From an uncultured Gemmatimonadales bacterium (lineage in GTDB: Bacteria; Gemmatimonadota; Gemmatimonadetes; Gemmatimonadales; GWC2-71-9), in NCBI GenBank assembly GCA_963796635.1, contig CAWCMH010000001.1, positions 771,568 to 835,567 of the forward strand: a stretch of DNA of 64,000 bases. Reading direction: 5' to 3'. The position numbers were made by a program, and so were the translations under genes. Positions 1 through 10,200 of the stretch are shown here, piece after piece (position 1 is the stretch's first letter; every line of letters begins with the position of its first letter). The notes under the pieces are model-generated. The model made no database searches, was not told the DNA's origin, and saw only the letters and a list, made by a program, of their open reading frames with translations.

Positions 1-1
1 C

Positions 2-865
2 GGGAGCGGCAAGGAACTGGTCGCACGCGCCATCCACGAGGAGTCCCGGCGTGCGGGCGGCCGGTTCATCGAGGTCAATTGTGCGGCGATTCCCAGCGAA
101 CTCGTCGAGAGCGAACTCTTCGGGCACGTGCGCGGCGCGTTCACGGGCGCGGTCGCCAACCAGGCCGGAAAGTTCGAGGCGGCCGACGGCGGGACCCTGT
201 TCCTCGACGAGATCGGCGACCTCGCGCTCAACGCCCAGGCCAAGATCCTGCGCGCGTTGCAGGAGGGGGTGGTCACGCGCGTCGGCGACACGCGCCCAAT
301 CACCGTCGATGTCCGCGTCATCGCGGCGACCAACCGCGATCTGGCGCAGGAGATCAAGGCCGGACGGTTTCGCGAGGATCTGTATTTCCGGCTCAACGTG
401 ATGCCCATCGCAGTGCCGCCACTGCGCCAGCGGCCTAGCGACATCCCGGCGCTGGTGGCGCATTTCGTCGCGGTGCTGGGCACCGGACCCGGGATGATGC
501 CCAAGGATTTCACGCCCGAGGCCATGCAGGAACTGCGGCAGCGGTACTGGCCCGGCAACGTGCGCGAATTGCGGAATGCCGTGGAGCGGTTGCTGATCCT
601 GTCGGCGGGACACGAGGTCACGCACGCCGACGTGATGCGCGCACTCCCCGTTGCCGATCACGAGGTCGACCTGCGCACGCTGCAGGTCGGGATCGACGAC
701 GCGACCTTGCCGCAATTCCTTGACAAGGCCGAACGCGCGTATGTTGCGGCGCGACTCGACGACAGCCACTGGAACATCAGTGACGCGGCGCGTGCGATGG
801 GCATTCCGCGGTCGAACCTGTACCACAAGATCGAGAAGTACGGTCTCGAACGGGAGGATGGATGA
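2..865 (+). CDS. sigma-54-dependent transcriptional activator (NtrC/Fis family), 5'-truncated by window edge
   Basis: Open frame from nt 2: [57 protein letters not shown]-terminal Fis-type HTH. Confidence 0.95.
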   Translation, partial: GSGKELVARAIHEESRRAGGRFIEVNCAAIPSELVESELFGHVRGAFTGAVANQAGKFEAADGGTLFLDEIGDLALNAQAKILRALQEGVVTRVGDTRPITVDVRVIAATNRDLAQEIKAGRFREDLYFRLNVMPIAVPPLRQRPSDIPALVAHFVAVLGTGPGMMPKDFTPEAMQELRQRYWPGNVRELRNAVERLLILSAGHEVTHADVMRALPVADHEVDLRTLQVGIDDATLPQFLDKAERAYVAARLDDSHWNISDAARAMGIPRSNLYHKIEKYGLEREDG

Positions 866-1329
866 CCGGGCCTCGCAACTGGGACAAGGAGCTGGCCGAC
901 ATCGATCGCGTCATCGCACAAGGCGGCGCGGCACCACCGGCGGGCGGCCCGCCGGTACGGGTAGCGTCGGGCGGCCCGCCGCCGACCGGGGGGGCGCGGC
1001 CGGCGCCGGCGCCAGTGCGCAAGCGCGACCTGGTCGGCGTGTGGTTCAAGGTGCTGCTCGCCGCCGCGGGCGCCGCCGCGCTCGCCGCGTGGCCGTACCG
1101 CAAGAGTTGCGGCACGGGGTTGTATCTGTACCTCGCGCTGCTTACCGTGATCGCGGTGGCCGCGCTGTGGGCGGGCTACGCGTCGTGGCGGCACCGGCGC
1201 GGCGCCGCCCACGTGATCGCGCTGCTCGTGCTGCTCGGCGCGCTGGTGCTGACTGCACTGCAGATCCTGCCGCGGATCGGATATGCGGCGCACGCGCTGA
1301 CCTGGACCTGTCATCTACCTGTGAGCTGA
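862..1329 (+). CDS. hypothetical membrane protein (about 3 TM helices)
   Basis: ATGA overlap with upstream stop, GGAGG upstream, Pro-rich linker followed by hydrophobic segments. Confidence 0.75.
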   Translation: MTGPRNWDKELADIDRVIAQGGAAPPAGGPPVRVASGGPPPTGGARPAPAPVRKRDLVGVWFKVLLAAAGAAALAAWPYRKSCGTGLYLYLALLTVIAVAALWAGYASWRHRRGAAHVIALLVLLGALVLTALQILPRIGYAAHALTWTCHLPVS

Positions 1330-1334
1330 CCTGC

Positions 1335-2825
1335 ATGGCCAAGACGTTCAAGAATTTCATCGGCGGCAAGTGGGTCGCCCCCCGCACCGGGACGTACTTC
1401 CAGAACCGCAATCCCGCCGACACGACCGACGTGATCGGGCGGTTCCCCGACTCGGGCCCGGCCGATATTGCCGACGCCGTGCGCTCGGCGCAGGCGGGCT
1501 TCGACCGCTGGTCCCGGACCCCGGCGCCGCTCCGTGGCGACGTGCTGCGGCGCGTCGGCGACCTGCTCTCCGAGCGCAAGGACGAAATTGCTGACGCGAT
1601 GACGCGCGAGATGGGCAAGGTACTGGCCGAGACGCGCGGCGACGTGCAGGAAGGCATCGACACGGCGTACTACGCCGCGACCGAAGGGCGCAGGCTGTAC
1701 GGCAGGACCGTGCCATCGGAGCTGCGGCAGAAGTGGGCGATGTCGATCCGCCGCCCGATCGGCGTGTGCGGGTTGATTACCCCGTTCAACTTTCCGATGG
1801 CGATCCCCACGTGGAAGGCGTTCCCCGCGCTGCTCTGCGGCAACAGCATCATTCTCAAGCCCTCGGAAGACGTGCCGCACACGGCGCACCTGCTGGTCGA
1901 GATTCTGCTCGAGGCGGGGCTGCCGCCCGACGTCGTGCAACTGGTGCATGGCGGCGACGCGGCTGGCCGGGCCCTGGTGAATCACCCGGCGGTGCCGGTG
2001 ATCTCATTTACCGGTTCCACGGCCACCGGCTCTGCGATCGGCGAAGTGTGCGGCCGGATGCACAAGCGGTTGTCGCTCGAAATGGGCGGCAAGAATGCCA
2101 TGATCGTGATGGACGACGCCGACCTGGAACTCGCCATCGATGGCGTATTATGGGGCGCGTTCGGGACCACGGGTCAGCGCTGCACCGCGACGTCGCGGCT
2201 GATCGTGCATCGCAAGGTGCACGACCGGTTTGTCGCCGATCTGGTCGACGCGGCCGGCGCCATGCGGCTGGGCGACGGTCGTGAGGCGCGGACCGACGTG
2301 GGGCCGCTGATCCACGCCGCCGCGCGAGCGAAGGTCGAATCCTACCTGCAGCCGGGCGTCCTGCGTGACGCGGAGATTGCGTGCGGCGGCAGTCGCCCGC
2401 GCGGCGCCCGGTTGAGTGATGGCTATTTCTTCCGGCCGACAGTGGTGACCAACGTCCGGCCCGGTTCACGCCTGGCGACCGAGGAAATCTTCGGCCCGGT
2501 GCTGAGTGTCATCCGCGTCAATTCGTACGACCAGGCCGTCAAGGTCAACAACGAGGTGCGCTACGGTCTGTCGAGTTCGATCTATACCAACGACGTCAAC
2601 CTCGGCTTCCGCGCGATGGAAGATCTGCAGAACGGCATCACCTACGTCAACGCGCCGACGATCGGCGCCGAGGCACATCTCCCCTTCGGCGGTGTGAAGC
2701 AGACAGGGAACGGGCACCGTGAGGGCGGTTGGGAAGTGTACGACTTCTATTCCGAAACCAAGGTGTGCTACGTCGACTATTCGGGCGTCCTGCAGCGCGC
2801 ACAGATCGACACGTACGACATATGA
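1335..2825 (+). CDS. aldehyde dehydrogenase family protein
   Basis: Start MAKTFKNFIGG; motifs ITPFNFP, FTGS, LEMGGKN, GQRCTA, EEIFGPV, PFGGVKQTG. Confidence 0.95.
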   Translation: MAKTFKNFIGGKWVAPRTGTYFQNRNPADTTDVIGRFPDSGPADIADAVRSAQAGFDRWSRTPAPLRGDVLRRVGDLLSERKDEIADAMTREMGKVLAETRGDVQEGIDTAYYAATEGRRLYGRTVPSELRQKWAMSIRRPIGVCGLITPFNFPMAIPTWKAFPALLCGNSIILKPSEDVPHTAHLLVEILLEAGLPPDVVQLVHGGDAAGRALVNHPAVPVISFTGSTATGSAIGEVCGRMHKRLSLEMGGKNAMIVMDDADLELAIDGVLWGAFGTTGQRCTATSRLIVHRKVHDRFVADLVDAAGAMRLGDGREARTDVGPLIHAAARAKVESYLQPGVLRDAEIACGGSRPRGARLSDGYFFRPTVVTNVRPGSRLATEEIFGPVLSVIRVNSYDQAVKVNNEVRYGLSSSIYTNDVNLGFRAMEDLQNGITYVNAPTIGAEAHLPFGGVKQTGNGHREGGWEVYDFYSETKVCYVDYSGVLQRAQIDTYDI

Positions 2826-3328
2826 CGCCGTCCGCGAACTCCTTCGACATCTCCACCGGCGCCGACCTGCAGGAAGTCGACAACGCCGTCAATCAGGCGC
2901 TCAAGGAGATCGCCGGGCGGTACGACTTCAAAGGGACGCACTGCACCATCGAGTTCGACCGCGACAAGGCGACGATTGCCTTGCACGCGGACGACGAGTT
3001 CCGCATGGACGCGCTGCTCGATGTGGTGCAGGCGCGCCTGATCAAGCGCGGTGTCCCGGTCAGGAATCTCAAGGTGGGCGACCCGGTCCAGGCGACCGGC
3101 AGTTCGGTGCGGCGGGTCATCACGCTGACGCAGGGGATTCCCGGCGATACCGCCCGGCAGATCCAGCGGGCGATCAAGGATGGCGGATTCAAGAAAGTCC
3201 AGGCGAGCATCCAGGGCGACGAGCTGCGGGTGACCTCGCCCTCGCGCGACGAATTGCAGGCCGTGATCGCCTGGCTGCGCCAGCAGGAGTTCGACGTCGA
3301 ACTGCAGTTCGGCAACTTCCGCGGGTGA
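2822..3328 (+). CDS. yajQ: YajQ family nucleotide/c-di-GMP-binding protein
   Basis: SFDI..DLQEVDNAVNQ, RYDFKG, KVQASIQGDELRVT, LQFGNFR; ATGA overlap. Confidence 0.92.
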   Translation: MTPSANSFDISTGADLQEVDNAVNQALKEIAGRYDFKGTHCTIEFDRDKATIALHADDEFRMDALLDVVQARLIKRGVPVRNLKVGDPVQATGSSVRRVITLTQGIPGDTARQIQRAIKDGGFKKVQASIQGDELRVTSPSRDELQAVIAWLRQQEFDVELQFGNFRG

Positions 3329-4572
3329 GGTTCGCGCGGCGGCTCGGCGTCGGCGTGTTGCTGCTGTCGCTGGGCTCCTGCGCGCCGTCCGAATCGGCGC
3401 CCGCGGCCACGCCGGCGACACCCGCGGCGCTGCCGGCCGGGCCCGTCATTCGCATCGGCATCGTGGTCAACGCTGACCGCGCCGTGGTGGCGTCGGATGG
3501 CGCGATCAATATCACGGATCCCGACGAGGGCCTCGTGCGCACCACGGCACCGGGCGCAGCGTTGACGGTGACCCGCCATGGCGGCGACGTCACCGCGCGC
3601 GACGGCGATGCGTCGGTCCAGCGTGCCGTACTGCGGCTCGACCCGGCCGACAGCAACGCACCGTTGCGGATTGATGGACGCGCCTACCGGGGAACGCTCG
3701 AGCTGCGGCGCGGCGACAGCGGTGTGTCGGTCATCAACCGGGTGGCGCTGGAGGAGTATCTGGTCGGCGTCGTCGGCGCCGAGATGGGACAGCGTGCGCC
3801 GGGCGAGGCGGCCGCGTTGCAGGCACAGGCGGTGGCGTCGCGCACGTACGCGATCCGGAATATTGGGCGGAACGCGGCGTCCGGGTACGATCTCGCGGCC
3901 AATGTCAGCGACCAGGTGTATGCCGGCGCGATCAACGACAATGCCCTCGCGGCCGCGGCGGTCGCCGCGACGCGGGGCGAGATCCTGACCTGGAACGGTC
4001 AGCCGATCGACGCGTTCTTCTTTTCGTCGTGCGGTGGGCGCACCGAAGACGGCACCGCGGCGTTCGCGGGGGCCGATCGGCCGTATCTGCGCTCGGTCGA
4101 CGATCACGACGGCAGCGGCATCCCGTGGTGCATCGACGCTCCGCGGTTTCGATGGGCCACGACGTGGAATGGCGACGCCCTCGCGGCGACGTTGCGCCGC
4201 ACGCTCGCGGCCGAGCACCTGCCGGTCGGCCAGGGCGAACTGCGCGACATCGAGGTGCTGCATCACACCGCGACGGACCGCGTGGCGTCGCTCGCGGTCA
4301 CCTGGCAAAGCGGGCGCACGGTGGTGAGCGGGCAGGGCATCCGTCGGGTGCTGTCGCCGCCCGAAGGCGGTTGGCTGCGCAGCACCAACTTCACGCTGCG
4401 GATCGACCAGGACGGCGGTCGCATCGAACGGGTCGAGGCCGACGGTGTCGGCAATGGCCATGGCGTGGGCATGTGCCAGTGGGGTGCGATCGGCCGGGCA
4501 CGAGCGGGACAGGATTACCGCACCATCCTGTCGAGCTACTTTCCGGGCACGGAAATCCAGCAGCTCTACTAG
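3325..4572 (+). CDS. SpoIID/LytB domain lipoprotein (lytic transglycosylase-like)
   Basis: GTGA overlap; lipobox LGSC; YRG, LEEYLVGVVGAEM, AQAVASRTY, DQVY, GHGVGMCQWGA. Confidence 0.9.
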   Translation: MRFARRLGVGVLLLSLGSCAPSESAPAATPATPAALPAGPVIRIGIVVNADRAVVASDGAINITDPDEGLVRTTAPGAALTVTRHGGDVTARDGDASVQRAVLRLDPADSNAPLRIDGRAYRGTLELRRGDSGVSVINRVALEEYLVGVVGAEMGQRAPGEAAALQAQAVASRTYAIRNIGRNAASGYDLAANVSDQVYAGAINDNALAAAAVAATRGEILTWNGQPIDAFFFSSCGGRTEDGTAAFAGADRPYLRSVDDHDGSGIPWCIDAPRFRWATTWNGDALAATLRRTLAAEHLPVGQGELRDIEVLHHTATDRVASLAVTWQSGRTVVSGQGIRRVLSPPEGGWLRSTNFTLRIDQDGGRIERVEADGVGNGHGVGMCQWGAIGRARAGQDYRTILSSYFPGTEIQQLY

Positions 4573-4590
4573 TCGGAAGGGATCGCCGTG

Positions 4591-5604
4591 ATGGCAGAAC
4601 ACATTCGTCTGGGCATTGTGGGTGCGGGCGCCGTAACGCAGGTCGGGCACCTCCCTGCGCTCAAGCGCGTCCGCGACGTCGACGTGGTCGGCATCTGCGA
4701 CAGTGATCTTCCCAAGGCGCGCGCGCTTGCCGATCGCTTTGGCGTGGCCGACGCCTTTGCCGACATCGAGGAACTCCTCGACTACGAGGAGGGTCTCGAC
4801 GCCCTGCTCATCTGCACGCCGAGTCACCTGCACGAATCGCATGCGCAGGCAGCACTGGCCGCGGGATTGCACGTCTTTGTCGAGCGGCCGATGGCGCTGT
4901 CTTCAAGCGGTGCCCAGAAGTTGCTCAAGGCGGCGCAGAAGCACGAGCGCGTGCTGATGGTCGGTGCGAGCCAGCGCTACCGCCCCGACGTCCAGCAGAT
5001 CCGCTCGTTCGTGCAGAGTGGCGAGCTCGGCGAACTGGAATCGATTCGCGCGTGGTGGTTCATGGCGCGCGCCGGCCGTTCCGGCCTGGGCTGGCGGCAA
5101 AAGCAGGAGCTGGCGGGCGGCGGCGCCATGCTCGATCTCGGGCTGGGCGTGCTCGATCTCGCCATGTGGCTGGCGGGCTTTCCCGAAACCGAGCGGGTGC
5201 TGGCGGCCTTCCCCGAGCGCGGGCGCGAGAAGGGTGTCGAGCCGTCGGGCACCGCGATGATCGTGCTCGACGGCGGCGTGTCCATCCAGGTCGACGTGTC
5301 ATGGCGCTTTGTCGGTCCGGGAGAACGCTACGGACTTGCCCTGCGCGCATCGCACGGTTCGGCGCGCATCAACCCGCTCGCCATCTGGAAGGATTTCCAC
5401 GGCATGGCCAAGGACGTGGCGTCGTCAGGCGCGCACTCGCGCGAGACGCCATTTGCGCTGGGCCTCCGAGCGCAGTGGGCCCATTTCGTGGCCGCCGTGC
5501 GCGGCGAATCGACGGCCCCGTCGGTGCTGGAGCATGTCAAGCTGCTCAAGCTGATGGAGGCGATCTACAGCTCCGCCGCACTGGGCAAGGCAGTGACGCG
5601 GTAG
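4591..5604 (+). CDS. Gfo/Idh/MocA family oxidoreductase
   Basis: GIVGAG, ICTPSHLH, HVFVERPMA, GGGAMLDLG; alternative GTG start at 4588. Confidence 0.9.
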   Translation: MAEHIRLGIVGAGAVTQVGHLPALKRVRDVDVVGICDSDLPKARALADRFGVADAFADIEELLDYEEGLDALLICTPSHLHESHAQAALAAGLHVFVERPMALSSSGAQKLLKAAQKHERVLMVGASQRYRPDVQQIRSFVQSGELGELESIRAWWFMARAGRSGLGWRQKQELAGGGAMLDLGLGVLDLAMWLAGFPETERVLAAFPERGREKGVEPSGTAMIVLDGGVSIQVDVSWRFVGPGERYGLALRASHGSARINPLAIWKDFHGMAKDVASSGAHSRETPFALGLRAQWAHFVAAVRGESTAPSVLEHVKLLKLMEAIYSSAALGKAVTR

Positions 5605-5621
5605 TGTCGCGGGGCCACCGG

Positions 5622-6845
5622 ATGCTCACATTGCTCGTCGCCATGGTCGCGCTGCTGTCGCGTGCCGGCGCCGCGCAGGCACCGGCCGCGGGCGACCACC
5701 TGCAGATTTACCTGATCACCATGGGGCCGGGCGCGGATGTGTACGAACGCTTCGGCCACAACGCCATCTGGGTGCGCGACACCATGACGCATCGCGACCT
5801 GGTCTACAACTATGGCACATTCGACGTCCCTGACGGCTGGACCGGCATGCTTGCGTTCGCGGGCAAGTTCGCCATGGGCCGGCCGCGCTACTATCTCAGC
5901 GTCGCCGACATGCAGGAGACGCTGGCGACGTATCAGTACGTCCAGCGCGACGTGCTGGCGCAGCAGCTCAACCTCACGCCGGCACAGCGCGCCAGCCTTG
6001 CGGCCCGACTGGCGCAGAACGCCGAACCGGCGCATCGCTATTACGCGTACGACTATTTTCGCGACAACTGCTCCACACGCGTGCGCGACATGCTCGACAC
6101 CACGCTGGGCGGCGCGCTGCACCGAGCCACGGTCGACCGGCCCGCCGATGGCACACTGCGGTTCTACACGTTGCGCGCCATCGCCAACGACAAGCTGCTC
6201 GACCTCGGCATCGACGCGGCACTGGGTCCGCGCGTCGACCAACGCATCGATCAGTGGCACGAGATGTTTCTGCCGGCCAAACTGGCCCAGCGGATCGATG
6301 AGCTCACCGTCCCGGGCCCCGACGGCAGCCCCGTTCCACTCGTGGCGACGACCTTCCCGCTGCTGTCCATCGGTCGATATCATGTGGCGGCCACGCCGCC
6401 GGCCTGGGACGTGCCGCTTGCCATCATCGGGGTGATTGTGAGCGCGGTGATGTTGCTGGCGTGGGTGCCGGGCGTCGCTGGCGTGATGGGCGAAGTGACC
6501 GCCACGGTGTGGCTGCTGCTCATGGGGCTGGGCGGGCTGTTGCTGCTGTTCTTCTGGTGGATCAGCTACAACGTCTTCACCTACACCAACCACAACCTCT
6601 TCATCGTGTCGCCGATCGCGCTGGCGGTGCTGCCGTCGGTGTGGTATCGCATCCGTGGTCCGGTGCCGCGGTGGCGGCGCGCGGCGGTACACCTGCTGGT
6701 GATCTCGGTCGGCATCGGCATCGCGATCGCGATCGTGCCGATCGTCGCACCGCAGGATCGGGCGATCGTGCTGCTGGCCGCATTGCCGACGCTGGTCGCC
6801 GCGGCCGTGGCGGCCCGGAGACTGCGGCCGGCGCTTCCGGCCTGA
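5622..6845 (+). CDS. DUF4105 / Lnb-like membrane protein (putative lipoprotein N-acyltransferase)
   Basis: Signal peptide; GPGxxVYERFGHNAI, YNYGTF, YxYDYFRDNCSTRVRD; several C-terminal TM helices. Confidence 0.75.
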   Translation: MLTLLVAMVALLSRAGAAQAPAAGDHLQIYLITMGPGADVYERFGHNAIWVRDTMTHRDLVYNYGTFDVPDGWTGMLAFAGKFAMGRPRYYLSVADMQETLATYQYVQRDVLAQQLNLTPAQRASLAARLAQNAEPAHRYYAYDYFRDNCSTRVRDMLDTTLGGALHRATVDRPADGTLRFYTLRAIANDKLLDLGIDAALGPRVDQRIDQWHEMFLPAKLAQRIDELTVPGPDGSPVPLVATTFPLLSIGRYHVAATPPAWDVPLAIIGVIVSAVMLLAWVPGVAGVMGEVTATVWLLLMGLGGLLLLFFWWISYNVFTYTNHNLFIVSPIALAVLPSVWYRIRGPVPRWRRAAVHLLVISVGIGIAIAIVPIVAPQDRAIVLLAALPTLVAAAVAARRLRPALPA

Positions 6846-6955
6846 TCCGCCACGAGGGGCCGAAACAGCCGCGAACGGGCTGCGCAGCTGATCCCGACCG
6901 TAGCGGGCCAGCCTTCCGGAGGACGCGTGCGCGGGACGAGGGGATCCGCATGGCC

Positions 6956-6984
6956 TTCCGTTTTGCACATCACTTCGGTATCTT
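6956..6984 (+). promoter_or_regulatory. putative sigma70 promoter of the rpmE operon
   Basis: TTCCGT-N17-TATCTT; the same -10 hexamer precedes rpsF, prs and smc. Confidence 0.45.
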
Positions 6985-7041
6985 GCCGGGCTATCATGGT
7001 GCCACTTCCGGGACCATGGCTCAACAACTGTGAGGCATCCA

Positions 7042-7269
7042 GTGAAGCCGAATCTGCACCCCGTCTACCAGACCATCACGGCGCATTGCCAGTGCGGCAA
7101 TACGTTCGAGACCCGCAGCACCGCCAAGTCGATCAGCGTCGAAGTCTGCGCCCAGTGTCACCCGTATTTCACGGGCAAGCAACGCCTCGTGGACACCGCC
7201 GGGCGCGTGGACCGCTTCCGCCGCAAATACGCCACGGCGCCGGCGACCGAGCCGGCCGCCAAGCCCTGA
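7042..7269 (+). CDS. rpmE: 50S ribosomal protein L31 (Zn-binding type)
   Basis: GTG start after GAGG; HPVY, CQCG, CAQCHPYFTGKQ, DTAGRVDRF. Confidence 0.97.
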   Translation: MKPNLHPVYQTITAHCQCGNTFETRSTAKSISVEVCAQCHPYFTGKQRLVDTAGRVDRFRRKYATAPATEPAAKP

Positions 7270-7295
7270 TCGCGGTGCGCCGGACGCGCTGACCG

Positions 7296-8354
7296 ATGGA
7301 CAGCCGACTCCGCCAGGCGCTCGCGCGGGCGGAGGAGGTCACCCGCGAGTTGTCCGAGCCCGCCACGGCGGCCGATCCGGCGCGCCTGCGCGCGCTCGGC
7401 CGCGCTCACGCGCAGCTCGCCCCGTTGGTGCGGGCAGCCGAGTCCCTGACGCGCGTGGAACAGCAGTTGCGCGACGCCCAGGAAATGGCGGCGTCGGCCG
7501 ATCCCGAGATCGCGGCACTCGCCAGCGACGAGGTCCGGCAGCTTGAACTGGCCGCGATTCCCTTGCGCGAAGCCGTCCGCCAACTGCTCGTTCCGCCCGA
7601 TCCGCACGATGCGCGCGATGTGATTCTCGAGATTCGCGCCGGCACCGGCGGGGACGAGGCTGGCCTCTTTGCCGGCGACCTGCTTCGCATGTACACCCGC
7701 TTTGCCGAGCGTCGCGGACTGCGCATCGAGCCCATGGAATTGCACCCAGGCACCATGGGCGGCGTGCGCGAAGCCGTCGTCGCGGTGCGCGGCGCAGGCG
7801 CCTACGGATTGCTGCGCTGGGAGTCGGGCGTGCACCGGGTGCAGCGGGTTCCCGCCACCGAAACGCAGGGGCGGATTCACACGTCGGCGGCGACCGTGGC
7901 CGCGTTGCCCGAGGCCGAAGAGATCGACGTGCGGATCGATCCGGGCGACCTCAAGATCGACGTGTTCCGTTCATCGGGTCCCGGTGGACAAAGTGTCAAC
8001 ACCACCGACTCGGCCGTGCGGATCACTCATCTGCCCAGCGGGATCGTGGTGCAGCAGCAGGACCAGAAATCGCAGCTCCAGAACAAGCTCAAGGCCATGG
8101 AAGTGCTGCGTGCCCGGCTGCTTGACCGGATGATCTCTGAGCAGGAGGCGGCGCGCTCGGCCGAGCGGCGGTCGATGGTGGGCACCGGCGATCGGTCGGC
8201 CAAGATCCGCACCTACAATTTTCCGCAGAGCCGGATCACCGATCACCGCATCAACCTGTCGGTCCACAATCTGGTCGACGTGCTCGACGGTCGGCTCGAC
8301 GAGCTGGTCGAGGCGCTGCGTCTGGCCGCGCACCGCGAGGACGACGATGGTTGA
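7296..8354 (+). CDS. prfA: peptide chain release factor 1
   Basis: [25 protein letters not shown] (PxT motif), [16 protein letters not shown]. Confidence 0.97.
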   Translation: MDSRLRQALARAEEVTRELSEPATAADPARLRALGRAHAQLAPLVRAAESLTRVEQQLRDAQEMAASADPEIAALASDEVRQLELAAIPLREAVRQLLVPPDPHDARDVILEIRAGTGGDEAGLFAGDLLRMYTRFAERRGLRIEPMELHPGTMGGVREAVVAVRGAGAYGLLRWESGVHRVQRVPATETQGRIHTSAATVAALPEAEEIDVRIDPGDLKIDVFRSSGPGGQSVNTTDSAVRITHLPSGIVVQQQDQKSQLQNKLKAMEVLRARLLDRMISEQEAARSAERRSMVGTGDRSAKIRTYNFPQSRITDHRINLSVHNLVDVLDGRLDELVEALRLAAHREDDDG

Positions 8355-9192
8355 CGTCGAACCGCCGACGACCGCGGTGTCGCTGATCCGCACGGCGACC
8401 GCACTGCTGCACGATGGCAGCGTGGCCGATCCGCGGCGTGAGGCGGTGCGCCTCTGGCAGGCCGTCGGCGGCGGCTGGCCCGATCTCGACAGCGCCGCGA
8501 TCGCGCCGGATCTCGCGGCGAGCTACCTGGCGGCGGCGCACCGGCGAGCCGCCGGCGAACCATTCGCCTATGTTGTCGGCAGCACCGGATTTCGCCACCT
8601 GACACTCCGGTGCGACCGTCGGGCGCTCATTCCGCGGCCGGAAACCGAGGGACTGATCGACGCGGCGCTGTCGTGCGTGCGGTCGGGTTCGGCCGTCGAT
8701 GTCGGTACCGGGACGGGCGCGATCGCGTTGTCGCTCGCGCACGAAGGCGAATTCGATCGGATCGTCGGCATCGATCTGTCGGCCGACGCATTGCGCCTCG
8801 CTCGCACCAACGGCACGGGATCGTCGGTGGTGTGGGTGCAGGGCGACCTGGTCGCTGCAGTGGCAAGCGATTCTGTCGAGCTGATCGTCGCCAATCCGCC
8901 GTATGTGAGCGAAGCGGAATACCGCGAGCTCGACGGATCGGTGAAGGATCACGAACCGCGGCTCGCGTTGCTGGGCGGCACCGACGGCCTGGATCCGACA
9001 CGCCGCCTGCTGCGCGACGGCCGCCGCGTGTTGCGGGCCGGCGGATGGCTGGTGCTGGAGCTCGATTGCCGGCGCGCACGTGTGACGGCTGAACTCGCGG
9101 TCGCGGCGGGTTGGCAGGCCGTCACGGTGACGGATGACCTCTTTGGCCGGGCGCGTTATCTCGCGGCTCGGCGGGGATCGAATCATGATTGA
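8347..9192 (+). CDS. prmC: release factor glutamine methyltransferase
   Basis: [23 protein letters not shown]; follows prfA. Confidence 0.93.
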   Translation: MVDVEPPTTAVSLIRTATALLHDGSVADPRREAVRLWQAVGGGWPDLDSAAIAPDLAASYLAAAHRRAAGEPFAYVVGSTGFRHLTLRCDRRALIPRPETEGLIDAALSCVRSGSAVDVGTGTGAIALSLAHEGEFDRIVGIDLSADALRLARTNGTGSSVVWVQGDLVAAVASDSVELIVANPPYVSEAEYRELDGSVKDHEPRLALLGGTDGLDPTRRLLRDGRRVLRAGGWLVLELDCRRARVTAELAVAAGWQAVTVTDDLFGRARYLAARRGSNHD

Positions 9193-9535
9193 GGACAAGG
9201 CGCAGGAACTTGGCCGCCTGATCGGCCAGGCCCCGGAATATCAGGCATTGCGTCGGGCGGAGCAGTCGTTGCGCGACGACGCCGAAGCCCAGAAGCGGCT
9301 CGAGACGATTTCGCGGTTGACGCGCGAGTTCGACGAACTCCTGGCACAGGGCCAGTCGCCGGACGAAGCGCGCGCCAAGGAATACGAGACGACGCTCCAC
9401 GATTTCGAACTCTCCCCGACGGGCCAGAGCTATCTCGTGGCGCGCGCCAACGTCGACAAGCTCATGACGCGCGTCAATCAGATGATCGCCGATGGCATGG
9501 AACGCGGCGCGACCAGCGGCATCATCACGCTGTGA
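9185..9535 (+). CDS. YlbF/YheA family helical protein
   Basis: KAQELGRLIGQAPEY N-terminus, all-helical 116 aa; overlaps both neighbours. Confidence 0.65.
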   Translation: MIEDKAQELGRLIGQAPEYQALRRAEQSLRDDAEAQKRLETISRLTREFDELLAQGQSPDEARAKEYETTLHDFELSPTGQSYLVARANVDKLMTRVNQMIADGMERGATSGIITL

Positions 9536-10200
9536 CGGCGCGCGGATGGTTTGTCGTGCTCGAAGGGCCCGAGGCCGCGGGCAAGTCGACGCTGTTGCGC
9601 GGCCTGACGCAACAGATGCGCGAGGACGGTGTCGACCCGCTGATCGTGCGCGAGCCGGGCGGCACGCCGGTGGCGGAAGCGTTGCGCCACGAGCTCCTCA
9701 GTGCGGCGCGCACCTGGACGCCGGAGCGTGAGCTGCTTTTTCTCGTGACGGCGCGTGCCGACCTGGTGTCGACGGTGGTCGAGCCGGCGCTGGCTGCGGG
9801 CCGCACCGTGCTGGCCGATCGGTTCGATCTGTCGACGTTCGCCTATCAGGGCGCCGGGCGCGGGCTGCCGGCCGATCAGGTGCGCTGGATCAACGCGGCC
9901 GCGACCGGCGGATTGCGGCCCGATCTCACCTTGGTGCTCGACGTCGATCCCGTCGAGGCGCGCGCCCGTCAACAACGCGCGGGCCACGGCCTCGACCGCT
10001 TCGAACGCGAACCGGACGACTTTCATGCTCGCGTCGCGGCGGCCTACCGCGACGCTACCGGGCCCGGCGTGCATCATCTCTCCGGCGATGCGTCGTCCGA
10101 TGATGTACTGGCCCAGGCATGGGACATCATCGTCCACGCCCGTCCGGGCGTCTACCGGCCGCGACAGGCGTCAACCGCAATGCGAGGATCGACCGGATGA
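9532..10200 (+). CDS. tmk: thymidylate kinase
   Basis: EGPEAAGKST, REPGGT, DRFDLSTFAYQG, PDLTLVLD. Confidence 0.95.
   Translation: MTARGWFVVLEGPEAAGKSTLLRGLTQQMREDGVDPLIVREPGGTPVAEALRHELLSAARTWTPERELLFLVTARADLVSTVVEPALAAGRTVLADRFDLSTFAYQGAGRGLPADQVRWINAAATGGLRPDLTLVLDVDPVEARARQQRAGHGLDRFEREPDDFHARVAAAYRDATGPGVHHLSGDASSDDVLAQAWDIIVHARPGVYRPRQASTAMRGSTG

Noticed and set aside
6841-6900. CTGAT...CGAAAC resembling a hammerhead ribozyme core
   Set aside because: It reads CTGATCC rather than CUGAnGA, and the required stems and cleavage triplet are not evident.
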